Source: Octopus bimaculoides (taxonomy: Eukaryota). Taken from it: a DNA stretch of 64,000 nucleotides. How positions within the stretch are numbered: the stretch's first letter is position 1; every line of letters starts with the position of its first letter. A program made the translations under genes and the position numbers. This document shows positions 24,255 through 35,996 of this stretch, piece after piece. The notes under the pieces were generated by a model that was not told the DNA's origin, did not search any database, and saw only the letters and a list, made by a program, of their open reading frames with translations. The stretch covers positions 170,918,211 through 170,982,210 of the forward strand of contig NC_068982.1 of assembly GCF_001194135.2 (NCBI RefSeq). Direction: 5' to 3'.

Positions 24255-25461
24255 TTTATTTATTTTGTCTCAGGCTTTGTTGTAACTCTTGGTGTCATGC
24301 ATGCGTAGTGGGCTTGCATCCTGCAGCCTACAGTGTTCTGTTCAATTATCTGTTCTTTTCAACTATCTAATACTTTCCTGGTTAATCTGGTCGTGCCAAG
24401 GAGGCAAAACTTATGTAACAGTTCTACTAAGCATTCTGATACTGTCTTCAAGGACCGATCAATAATGGGCGGTTTCTTTACCTTCTTCACATTCCATAGC
24501 TGGGCTAATTCGTACTTAACAGGATTGCATATAATTATTTTTCGCCTTCCTTTTTCACTATTTGTGGGTCAAAGTGGCACGCAACATGAATATGAGGTGC
24601 ATCTTGTCCTCCACCCTCAGATCCGGTATGTTATACTCTAGCCTCCCTAACTCCCTGCGGTTTGTGGTCATATCATTTCTTGTCTCTCTCTCTGGTCTCC
24701 ACTTTTCGCACACTTTTCAATGTAACTGTTTCGCAACCTCATTGTGTCGACACAACTTGTAGTGGTTTTTGGACAGATCTGGGGCATTTGTTTGCGATAT
24801 GGGCAATGGCTTCATCCACTCTATTACAGATGTGGCACAGTAAAGACACATGCTCATTCCTCAGGTTTATCTTCCAATTCGTGCCCAAATCTTGATCTTG
24901 CGTTGCTGAAGATTAAGAGTTAACATAAGGACATAATTTTTTCTTTAGCATTCAGCTTTGAACCCAATAATTTTCTCACTCACCGCAGGGACTCTTTCTT
25001 TGCATTTTATTTTATATTGCTGTTTAATTCTATCTGCTTCAAGTATACCCGAGTATTTTTAAATTGGATACAGGTTCAATTGCCTTCACTATTTCACCAA
25101 TTTGGCATACATATACCTTCTGTCCTGGCAAGCTTTCCTCGTCGCATCATCATTGTAGCACATTTTGAGAGTGCAAACTTCATCTTGATATCATTCGAGC
25201 AAATCCACACAAGCTGGATTAGGCTGTGAAGTTCTGTTGTATATTTTTGTGAACAACCTCGAGTCGTCCACAAATACCAAGTAGTTCAGTTTTCTCTTAC
25301 AGCTTCCCAGTTCATACTGCAACTTTGTCTTCTGTGGTATTTCACTCAAGGGGATCACTCCCAGCACAAAGATCAGTGGGGCGACAATGCCCGCCTGGAA
25401 TATTTCTCTCTTAATTTTCACCTCTCCTCATACTTCATTCCCGGCTGTCAATTCAGTTCTC

Positions 25462-25462
<1 letters not shown>
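24255..25462 (-). mobile_element. R4/Dong-like element A: RT motifs, internal deletion, CCHC/REL remnant
   Basis: KIKREIFQ, LNYLVFVDDSRLF (RT catalytic DD), DIKMKFALSKC, KCP, and C-terminal CLLGTTRLTRKVL. Confidence 0.85.

Positions 25463-25531
<69 letters not shown>
25463..25531. repeat. (ATT)n microsatellite separating two Dong-like elements
   Basis: Directly visible. Confidence 0.98.
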
Positions 25532-25532
25532 G

Positions 25533-26712
25533 TTATCCTGAAAGATTCTCGGAGAGTGCATAATTACCGGTTATTCTTTACTTACAAGCAGGCAACAGGA
25601 AATCATCCCGTTGTCACGTGGGCATGCTATGTCGATTATCATACACGTTATTTCCTTTCTATTCAACAATGTTCGGTTTCCGATGTCAGGACGGCTGATC
25701 GCACTAGATCATTGCATTCCACAGGATTTTGCAATTCGCATTTTCGACAACTTCTGGAGTTTTCTCATACCATGACTTTGGTGATTCCCACAGAGCCCCC
25801 AATGGATCATTCTTGCCACATTGCCATGGCGTCTTTTGTATTCTCGTTGTGCCAATTTCGGGCTTTCGCTAACGATGTACCATACCGTCTCACCCCTCTC
25901 ACCACACATTCTGCATTTGTCGCTGTCGGTAGTGTTGTCTCATCTGCACTTCACATAGTTGGTCCTTAACTCTTGTTCCTAAACTGCTTCTGTCTCTATC
26001 TTCAGGCCACTCTTCCTTACCCATAGCCACCTGCCCTATGTACCTGTCTTCTCGTTCACATCTCTTGCAAACTGACTTAACATTTTCTTTTCCTTCCATG
26101 CTTTTTCTTTTCTATCGTTCTATCATGTTTGAATATTTTTTCGTCACACAATTTTCAGTTTTGATGATGTCGGCCTTCTTCATCTATTTCAACAGTTGTT
26201 CGATGGCATTTTTTATATACCACCATAACGTTGTTTCCTCTGCTTCGATAAGTCCTGGCAACTGATCAAACCACTCCCACCCTTTCTTCTAGACACGTAC
26301 AAATTATCGTTGCTACTCTTAATGTAGAAATCTCCGTGTACTGTCAACATTTTTCTGACTTGGTATCCACTTTCTTCACTTCTATCTTTTGCCAGTTTAT
26401 AATTCCCGCTCTGTGTCTTGAGTGATGCTATAGCCCACGTATTAACTGCTTGGATTTTATTCTATTTCGTCAATTTTGAGCGCAACGACAACCTCAGTCT
26501 TCGGAAATACATCATCATCAGTTCCTCTTTCATTTCCTCTTCCACTATCTCGTTGAACTCTAGTACATCAAGGTATTTGTATCCTTCTGTTCCAATTTGT
26601 TTAAGGAAGTCTGTATTCGCTAATTCTATTCCTGCTATGGACTGTACATTGCCTCTCTTTAGGTAGATTATTCAACACTTCTTGAGTTCAAATTTCTTTC
26701 TAATATCAATAC
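25533..26712 (-). mobile_element. R4/Dong-like element B: RT C-terminus, CCHC finger, REL start
   Basis: GYKYLDVLE, QAVNTWA, LYVSRRKGGSGL, CRMCGERGETVWYIVSESPKLAQREYKRRHGNVARMIHW, IIDIACP. Confidence 0.9.
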
Positions 26713-26877
26713 TATTAATATTAACGTTGTTGTTGTTGTTGTTGTTGTTGCTGCTATTGTTATTATTATCATCATTTTCTTTTAATTTGCATGTTCGTTG
26801 CAATAACTTGCCGAGACAACTCCAGTATCCTAGTTCGGATGAAGGATGAGATGACTGAAACCTGGGTAAGGGAAAAT

Positions 26878-26928
26878 CTTCTTCTTCTTCTTCTTCTTCT
26901 TCTTCTTCTTCTTCTTCTTCTTCTTCTT

Positions 26929-26958
<30 letters not shown>
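26878..26958. repeat. (CTT)n microsatellite
   Basis: Directly visible. Confidence 0.98.
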
Positions 26959-26959
<1 letters not shown>

Positions 26960-27789
26960 TCATTATTATTCAACATAATGGCCTATATAAAAGATACAAA
27001 GGTATTAATACAAGACAAATTGGAGTTTTTATGTGGAAACACATTTACTACAAAGACAACTCGATAATATTGAATTTTCATCAATAAAAATTGGCCAAAC
27101 AAGAAAGAGGTACTCTACATAAAATATGGCGACTCTGACTCCCTAGGAAACAACATTACAATAGACCGAGAGAGGCCCAGTTTACTCGTAGATTTTATCT
27201 GGAACACACAAGATTCTAAGTCCAGGTAGAAAACCTGTATCATGAAATCCTGGCCATTCCAAAATAACGTAGTCACTCAAATTCCCAGTCACAGTCGCAT
27301 TGGAGATATGCTTCCTCGTATCCAACGAATATTTATGTGAAAAATTACGGCCCGGATATTCTGGCTTCGCTGAGGGTAATGACATGTACTGTCGTGAGGT
27401 TATTGAGCAGTTGTGGGGTTCTACGCCCATGGTAACCAATGCGACATGCATTTATATTGCCTATTTTTTGTACACAGCTATGTTAGAAAGAAAGAAGGAA
27501 GCCAGAAAAGCTAACTCACTTTATTGCTAGTAAGGGAGAGGTATGTCTTTCTCTCACACAGTTTTAGGAGTTTACAAATACAATTCTTTATACAATACTT
27601 TCTCGATATCTCCTCTGAAGTCTCCTATTCCATAGGTATTTCCTTTTGGAATGTGTTGTGTTTTTGTACAATTACGATTTATATATACGTTGGAATTCTA
27701 TTAATCTAAGTAGTGTAGTTGTTTTGTGTGATGCTTGTTTGTTGGTGCATGTAATGCATTTGAATTTTATTGCCTGTAATAATGGCTGT

Positions 27790-28930
27790 GACGTGAAAGA
27801 CTTTTGTCATCTTAAAACAGGTTATTCGGACTATTAGTGCGTGTAAAAATTGGCTTTTGCTTGTTCCTGTAATCTCGGACCTTGGTAGCTCTGATAGATA
27901 CGGTGATGATGATGCTTATAACAGTACCGGTGTAGCTGCTGTTGGAGAGGAGTTGAATCGTTGTTCAAAAGTATTTTCTCCATATGTTTATGCCTCACAT
28001 TTCCTTTCATTGGTACGTTTTCCTTTCTTTTACTTTTCTTTGTATTAGTCACGTGCTTTTATTTAACGTCCTCATCGTCACCTCTGCTATACAATATATA
28101 TGCATGGTGAGTGTCGGAGGGTTAGTTTTATCTTGTTGGTGTATTTGTGGTTGTATTTGAGGCTTTCTTGAGCTGTAGTTCTTGCTGCTCTCTGAAATTC
28201 TGTGGCCCGTTCTGGCGGTGTTTTGTCTATTACTTTTGTTCATGTTGTTGCTATAGATGTTGCTATTGATATCGTAGTTGGTACTGCATTTACTGCTTTC
28301 CCTGTAATGGCATTTGGTGTTATTACTACAGTTGCAGTTCATCTTTGCTTAACCATAACTCTGGTTCAGTTGCAATGAGGTTAAATCCCTCCAACATGGG
28401 GCAACGAAAATGTTTAATGCAATGTCTGATGGAAGGATTTCACTTATTCGGTGTCGGATTGCCCTATCAAATGATGAAGTTTATGCCTCACTCGATATTT
28501 CTCGCAATCATATTTCCAATCTTTCATGTATGACCATTTTCACACATCGTTTTTTCTCTGCACAGACCTATTAAGCGTTGTTCATCTGGCATTCCTTTCA
28601 ATGTTTCTGGGAATATTTCTAATGGAGCAATTTGTAGAAAACATATATGTTCAGCAGTCTATAGGTTTCTATGTCTTTATGCCATAAAATCCTAAATGAT
28701 ACTGTAGCCACTCCTGCAAAAAATAGGCCTTCCTGGTACTGGTGATTAGAGCGATTACATAAAGGGTAGCTGTAGGGGCGGTGTCCTTAGAGGCAGCAAC
28801 ATTAGTAGACGTTGTAGTAGTTTAGCTCTCTAAACTCTGGACTTTTGTAATAGTGGTGATGGTAGTGCTTTCTTTGCCATTATCTACTGTTTTATTCAAA
28901 TATTCTGTTATTTGTTTCGGCCATTTGTCT
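27790..28930 (-). mobile_element. Very decayed LINE fragment, possibly RTE endonuclease/linker region
   Basis: Broken frames such as RLIGLCREKTMCENGHT*K...GINFII resemble the APE C-terminus; many stops. Confidence 0.3.
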
Positions 28931-29110
28931 TCATTTATATTGGGGCACCGCTTAAAATGGTTATGGCCAAACGAATCGACACCAGGACTTACCCTTTCTA
29001 AGCCTAGCACTTTTTCTATTGAGCTCTTTACCAGAACCGCTATGTTACGGAGACATAAACACAAAAGCATCGGTTGTTAGGCGAGGACTGGAGGACAAAC
29101 ACAGACAGAG
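28930..29110 (-). mobile_element. SINE 3' half adjoining (TG)n
   Basis: Minus strand tgtttatgtctccgtaacatagcggttc...gtaagtcctggtgtcgatt...aagcggtgcccca matches 61570-61780. Confidence 0.75.
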
Positions 29111-29155
29111 ACAGAGATACACGCAGACACACACTACCACAAACACACAAACACG

Positions 29156-29255
<100 letters not shown>

Positions 29256-29630
29256 AGTTGAATAAAGATACATGGTCTGGTTTTCAGGATTTTTGTTATT
29301 GTATTTAAAAAATTTACAATGTTGAAGTGTTGAAGTGTGTTAAACATTAAAAATATATTTTGTAATGTTCATAAAGTCCAATTAGTGCTTTCATACGTTC
29401 GTAGCAAGCATTAGATTTTAAAATGTATTGTCGGTGCCTTCTACAAGGTATAAAAATGGAAGAAGTAATTTTACTACAGTTGTCAAACACTCAAATATGA
29501 TGTTACTACGAACACCAGTTGAACTTTATGAACATTACCAAATATGTTTTTAATGAGTGTAAAAAAAAATCTTCAAGATACAATAATAAAAAACGTAAAA
29601 ACCAGACCATGTTGTAACTTTATTCAACTG
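29256..29630. mobile_element. MITE-like element with long imperfect terminal inverted repeats
   Basis: 29256-29387 is the reverse complement, with indels, of 29513-29630 (agttgaataaag.tac..atggtctggtttt...gtaatgttcataaagt). No ORF; target duplication unclear. Confidence 0.65.
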
Positions 29631-29719
29631 ATACACATTTACACAAATTCTGGAATATATATATATATGTATATACGAAAAAGGAAAAGAATGGCTTCAA
29701 TTGTAGTTCTAACCAATTT

Positions 29720-30300
29720 AATATTTTAATATAATTTTACTGGTTAGTTTATAGATTAGTAAATTCTTTGCTAACTTCGGTGGGGGAGATTTTTTGAAAG
29801 TCCTTGTTAACTTTTTTTGGAGAACTTTCTTACATTCGTCGATGGTGATTGTCAAACTGATCTCAGGTTGTGTTGTGGTGTGTGATTTTATATATAAGAG
29901 ATTTGGGTATGTCTGGGGTGGGGTTGAGGTTTGTTAATACGTATGGGAGTGATGGAGCGTTGAAGAACAAGAGTTGGAAAAAAATAGTGAATGATAAAAA
30001 CAATATAATTGATTAAGAGTAGATTTTAGGGATGGTGGAGTGTTTAAGGATTGTTTTATAAAGGGCTTGTTCCATTTGAAAATATATTCACTTTGGTGAA
30101 AATATAACGGTTAGATGTCTTTGAAATTCTTTTCTTATGGCTGAATCAACTTTCTTACTTTCATAAAGGGCAACTTCAGTAATATTTTATGTTAAAGATG
30201 AATTTAGGTGTGTGTCTGGGGTGGGAGGTTAGTTAGGTGTAAGATGCATGTCGTTTGATAGAAATGGGAGGATAGTAATAAAAAGGGGATGATGAAAAGG
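29720..30300 (-). mobile_element. Probable PLE 3' end / pseudo-LTR remnants, inverted relative to the downstream PLE ORF
   Basis: Minus-strand LPFMKV...QSEYIFKWNKP loosely parallels the GIY-YIG C-terminus at 54500-54600; a tgtctggggtggg motif occurs twice. Confidence 0.3.
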
Positions 30301-30451
30301 AGATGCCAGCGGATAGAATATTATACCATAACAGAAACTTTCCTATCCCGAATGGGAATTCATTTTTAGGACAAGGTCCCACCCATCAAATGAAATAAAA
30401 AATGGAAAAACACCATTCTTCAACTGACACTTGATGAGGAAAACTTATAGG

Positions 30452-30990
30452 CATCAAAACTAATCAATGTTTCGGCCAAGAAATTAACACAACAAGAAAT
30501 CAAACTATAAAAAAAATGGACTTAATCTCACACCCACTACGAAAGCAGATCGAACCGAGCCTATAATAGACACAGAATATATTGTGGAAAATCACGTATA
30601 GGAGAATTTTTCCAGAGTGAAGATAACAGGAGGAATAACAAAAAGAACGTTAAACCTCCATTAAATAGATATATATAACTGGAAGAATACATAATATTCC
30701 TATGACAATCGGCATAGTGAAATATTGCAGAGAAGTAACACAAACCCAATATCAATACAGACCAACTGCTAACGCTAAATACACTACAAAAAGATTCCTC
30801 AATAATCATAAAAGTAGCTGACAAAAGCGGAGAAATCGTCGTCATGGACAAAAAACACTACAAAGATATGGTCCTACAGCAGTTGAATGACGAAGGATTT
30901 TACAGGAAAGTCAACAAATGCGAAGAAATAAATTCGATGATTCAAGTAGATAAACTGACGACAAAGTACGTTATAAAAGCACCTTATAAA
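30452..30990 (+). mobile_element. Penelope-like element, N-terminal/RT fragment
   Basis: LINVSAKKLTQQEIKL*K..GLNLTPT and LQKDSSIIIKVADKSGEIVVMDKKHYKDMVLQQLND match the PLE INLS..LT..E..LL.KGL.F.PT and IIK.ADKG..VVMD motifs. Confidence 0.85.
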
Positions 30991-31000
30991 AATAAAACTA

Positions 31001-31007
<7 letters not shown>

Positions 31008-31074
<67 letters not shown>

Positions 31075-31111
31075 CGATCATGATGATGATAATGATGATG
31101 ATGATGATGAT
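31008..31111. repeat. (AAT)n then (GAT)n microsatellite
   Basis: Directly visible. Confidence 0.95.
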
Positions 31112-31139
31112 AGAGTGAAATTATTGACATAAAGGCCAG

Positions 31140-31610
31140 GATATTAAACAGGATGCCTCACCCAATTCCGATGTCCATAGGCTCTATCTCCCACGTAAGG
31201 AGAGCGGTAAATGCCTAATCCAATTTGAAACATCCTATAATACGAGCACAATAAGACTCCAAATGTGCATCTAAAGTACCACCGACAGGTGGATACTGCT
31301 AGTAGGACAACATGAAGAGAGTATGAAAGCATCTCAAAGAAGCATACAGAGACGAAAACTTTACCTCCCTGATTATGATGATGACAATGAGGACACATCA
31401 TCCACTAAGGCAGCGAAAGCGTTTAAGAGAAAAGTAAATAAATAAAAGGAAAGCTTGAAGGAAATGTCAAGACTGGCAAGAAAAACCGTTGCTTCGGCAA
31501 TATCCCAATCGAGCTGGGAAAGTAGATATGAAAGAAAACCATCAGGAGCTGCAGAGCATAGAGCAGAAAACATAGCACACAGAGCAGAAAATATAGCACA
31601 TTTCTAGGCA
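31140..31610 (+). mobile_element. R4/Dong-like fragment (post-RT region)
   Basis: HPNSDVHRLYLPRKESGKCLIQFE matches HP..DV.RLY.PR..GGRGL; later GQYPNRAGKVD. Confidence 0.75.
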
Positions 31611-32209
31611 TATATAGTAGAAATGCAGTGAGTCACTCAAGGACCGCACTTTTTGGAACGGTTGTACAATACTGATATCACATCAAATTATTTATAGGTT
31701 ATCCACTTGGAGTCCGACTCTAATACGCTTGGGGATTAAATAAGTAAATTGACCCAAAGGGAAAGTATTTAATATAAAGAGACAAAAGCTGTAAGAAATT
31801 AGTCTTGATATATCAGATTTGTAACATTTTCATTTAGGAATATGCGTATCCGGTTTATTTTCTGGTGTCACATTCTTTTCCATGAGTTCCCCGACTTATT
31901 TGATCATGCATTTTAACTTCCGTCATTCTACATTTGTAAAGAGAGAAATTAATGTGAGCTATTAGAAAACATTATAAGTTGTAACTGGAGATAGTGGCAA
32001 TTGACCTGTTGAGAAGTGTTTAATTACTGCCAGGTTTTTTTTTTGGGGGGGGGTCCCATTAATAACTCTCAGCATTACGTGCCTGACCTTCTCCACATTT
32101 CTGTGAATGGATGGGGCAGGATATGAGGATCTGATTATATTCTTGTGTTTACATAGGCGTAATTATGGGTGTGTAAATCCACTCACACGCCGATATATGT
32201 CTGCGGACA

Positions 32210-32377
32210 CGCACACACACGCACACGCACACAAGCACACACACACACACACACACACATACATATGTATGTATATATAACTCATGTTCTATTAAGAAGG
32301 TTATTCTCAAACATTATTACTCCCTCTCTCTCGCACTCTCTCTCGCACTCTCTCTTTATATGTATATATATGTATAG

Positions 32378-32423
<46 letters not shown>

Positions 32424-32450
32424 ACATATATGTGTGGTTGTATATATATA

Positions 32451-32503
<53 letters not shown>

Positions 32504-32647
32504 GCATATATATATATATGCATATACATATATATATATAATATATATATATATACATACATACATATATATCTATATATATATATATAAATATACATAT
32601 ATATGCATATATATACACACACACACACACATACAATCACACACACT

Positions 32648-32706
<59 letters not shown>
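32210..32706. repeat. Mosaic dinucleotide microsatellite block (CA/CT/TG/TA/CA)
   Basis: Directly visible. Confidence 0.95.
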
Positions 32707-32708
<2 letters not shown>

Positions 32709-33873
32709 TACGGAGTACAGCACTCAGTTGCTATTCTGGATTTCTAGATTGCTGAGTTTATCTGTATACTTTTTAAAAGCAAATGATGCGGTAAGCACAG
32801 GAGACCCCAAACTGTTTAGGCACCTCATCGACCCCCAGGCATGTCAAGAGAATAAGTAAATAATAAGAATTAAGTAGATGTGCAGTTTCATGGCGTTTAT
32901 CGAGCCTTTGATTAGTCCCATCGACTAAGTGTCTCTGAGCAACTGAGATATGTAATAAACTATAGAAATACTGCGTAGAATTTGGAATAATTAAGAATAT
33001 GTTGATGGGGTTTCGGCTTTTTTTCTACATTTCACATAGCGACATTTGGGACAAATGAAAATTCTTAGTATCGCACTACTCGAATCGTTTTATTTTAGTT
33101 CGTAGTTTGCTTGTAGAATATTATTTAGCGACAATTCTAAGCTTATATGAAAGTAAACAAAGTGAAAACATCTAATCTAATGATATTCTGTTTCATGAAA
33201 TAAGACCTCGGTCATATGTTTTTTTTTGCCTTGCAATTCATAAACAATCATAAACTTAGCAATCTTTTTAAACGATACATTCTCACCCAGATTATGCAAT
33301 TTTTTTTGTCAACTATGCAATGTCGCACACTATGAGACATTGTATGCTCACATCACCAAACTTGCGCAATATGCATTTCCACCTTTTTTAACACGTTGAA
33401 TTGAAACCCCGCAAAAGTAACTTTCGAATTTAAAAATTGAAGAAACTTATTGAATGCTTCAGAAAATCTTTATCCTACATTACGCTTATGGTAGTGTGAA
33501 CCAGTTCCCCTCGAAATCCAAGTGCAGTTTAATAAATTTCCCCATGAATAAATTGTATTCACTTAGAAAGCTTGAACGATGGATATAATGATTAGAAACT
33601 CAAAGTGATCAAGGTAATAAAAGTTAAGGGGTGACATCTTTGAAGCAGTCAACGCCACTGAAAGGAAAAGATTCCGCAAATGCAACCTGTTTCACATATA
33701 GTACTACCTCACTTCTCCTGAAAGTCATGGAATTTTAGAGAATATTTACATCCAGGAAGATAATAAGAACGTCATTAATTTGATAAACGGTAAGGAATTC
33801 TATTGGGTGAAACAGTTGGATTCTTCATTTCAGTTTCATAAATTAAGAATTACAAAATGAAAAGTACTTTCTA

Positions 33874-35078
33874 TTAGGCTGTCAAGAAAGTTCTTGCGGT
33901 TTTTAACCTTTCAATTCAGATGCACATATCTCGGCTCAAACTACACTTTATTAATCGAAATAAACACCATCAGAATCAACACACTTTTGCCAACGCGAAA
34001 CAAGTTTATTTATGCCAGTAGCGTAAAATTCCTGCGTACTGATGGCGATGAAGTCGTTGAAGGCATGCTTGGCATCATTTTCATTTTTCAAGCATTTCTC
34101 ACACAAGAAGTTGTCCAGATGCTTGAAAAAGTAGTAGTCGGTAGGCGAGAGGTTTGGTGAGTATGGCGGATGAGGCAGAGTTTCGTAGCTCAATTCGTTC
34201 AACTTCTGGACGTGCGGCCGAGCGTTGTCGTGGAGAAGAATTGGTCCTTTACTATTGACAAATGCTGGCTGTTGTTTCTTATGTATTTCACCCATTTGCT
34301 GACAGTACTTCTCCCGCGCAATACTTTCGCCTGGATCCAAAAAGCTGTGATGGATGAGACCGGCCGCAGACCACCAAACAGTCACCATGACCTTCTTTTG
34401 GTGAAACTTTACTTTCGGGAAGTGCTGTGGAGCTTCGTCGGCGTTCAACCAATTAGCTGAGCGTCGCCGGTTGTCGTAAAGAACCCACTTTTCATCGCAA
34501 GTCACAATCCTGTCGAGAAACGGGTCATTCTTGTTGCGTAAAAGAAGGGAAGACGACACTTCAAAACGGTGTTTTTTTTTTGTTGTCGCTGAATTCATAC
34601 GGCACCTATTTATCAAGTATTTTTGTTTTTCCAATATTTTTCAAGTAGTGGGAAATTGTCGTATACCTTACGTCTAATTGAGAAGCAAGCTCGTTGTCAA
34701 CATCCGATGGCCGACCACTACGCATCTTCAAGACTGTCGTCACCGCTACAAAATTTCTTGAACCACCATTGTGCTTTACGTATATTAGTGGTTCCTGGGA
34801 CAAACGCATCGTTAATATCACGAGCTGTTTCAACAGTTTTTCGGCCTAGCTTCAACTGGAATAAGAAAATTGTGTGAATTTGCTTTTTGTCCATGTTGTA
34901 TTCAATGTTCAAGAAAAAAATGGCCTAATTAATCAAAAAGTAAAAGAGTAACACGCTTGGATAGAGCAAAAAACTGGCTTTAAAGCGATATATAAAGTAA
35001 GTTAAGGAGAATTAATTTGAAAATACATAATTTAAAACCAAAATTTAAAATTTCGCAAGAAATTTCTTGATAACCTAA
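33874..35078 (-). mobile_element. Mariner DNA transposon, cecropia/Hsmar1-like, near full length
   Basis: TIRs ttaggctgtcaagaaagttcttgcg / ttaggttatcaagaaatttcttgcg (22/25 identical), TA at 33872-33873 and 35079-35080, 1205 bp, transposase inside. Confidence 0.95.
33951..34912 (-). pseudogene. Mariner transposase pseudogene
   Basis: MDKKQIHTIFLF..LGRK..ETAR, SGRPSDVDN, FLDRIVTCDEKW, HDNARPH, HPPYSPNLSPTDY, WQKCVD. Split over three frames; only 29 residues between the 2nd and 3rd Asp. Confidence 0.93.
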
Positions 35079-35920
35079 TATAAATCCAGGTTATTTATAG
35101 TTGATAATTTTGTAACTTCCTACAGTACTAATATCTGAATTGCAGATATCAGAAAATATTTTATAATATATAAAGAAGTCCATATAAGCATTATAATTGG
35201 CGCCAACATAAAATTAGCCAACATTCTTAGCCATCACGCAAGATTTGTCCTGAGGCTAACATCTCGAAATTATAAAAAACAGACACATGCAAAAAAGCAG
35301 ACCAACCACTCTTCGTCCATAATCAAATACTTTGCAGTTGACATAAGAGTTCCCAATCTATCTTCTGACAGGAGCCTTTTCAAAATGATTATCCCATATT
35401 TTAGCGATACAGTAACAAGATGTTACTCTAACGTGAAACTAGTAAACAACAAACACATCCCAAAACGAACACTACCGCCATAGCCATCACTACTCCACCT
35501 CACTCTCTCAGTATAAGAAAACATTGTGGATATAATTTAACTGAATCCGCCGCTTAATCACCGACATATACAGGAACTGTCTCATAGTAAGATCATATTT
35601 CTGAACTACAGTGCAGTATCACAGGATAAAGTAAACATGAACTATTTTTGTGTAAACAACTTTTTCCACATTTCACACTTCAATCTGCAGCAAAGATACA
35701 GCTAAGCGATATCTGCTGAAACCACTCAAGCCACATACACAGAGGCTTGTTCTATTCTAATTCGCTAATATACAGATCAAACAAAGCGAATGCAGTTGGT
35801 AAAAATAACAATTATGCGGGAGAAGCAACAAATACAGTTTTATAACTATTCTGTAACACAAAATAAAGGGTAAGTGAAGCTCCGTTTTTCTGCCGAAATC
35901 TGCTTTATTACAGTAGAGTT

Positions 35921-35996
35921 CGGTGCAAGTACTTAAGTTAAACGGTGCAAGTACTTAAGTTAAACGGTGCAAGTACTTAAGTTAAACGGTGCAAGT
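35921..35996. repeat. 22-bp minisatellite, about 3.5 copies (CGGTGCAAGTACTTAAGTTAAA)
   Basis: Units start at 35921, 35943, 35965 and 35987; no spacers. Confidence 0.95.

Noticed and set aside
28822-29070. 82-aa ORF with a donor-like AGG|GTAAGT
   Set aside because: Largely the antisense-embedded 3' half of a SINE.
30424-30470. Hammerhead-like ttgatgag...caaaactaatc just before the PLE ORF
   Set aside because: At least three core changes and no convincing stems.
35921-35996. 22-bp repeats as a CRISPR array
   Set aside because: No spacers, no cas genes, eukaryotic context.
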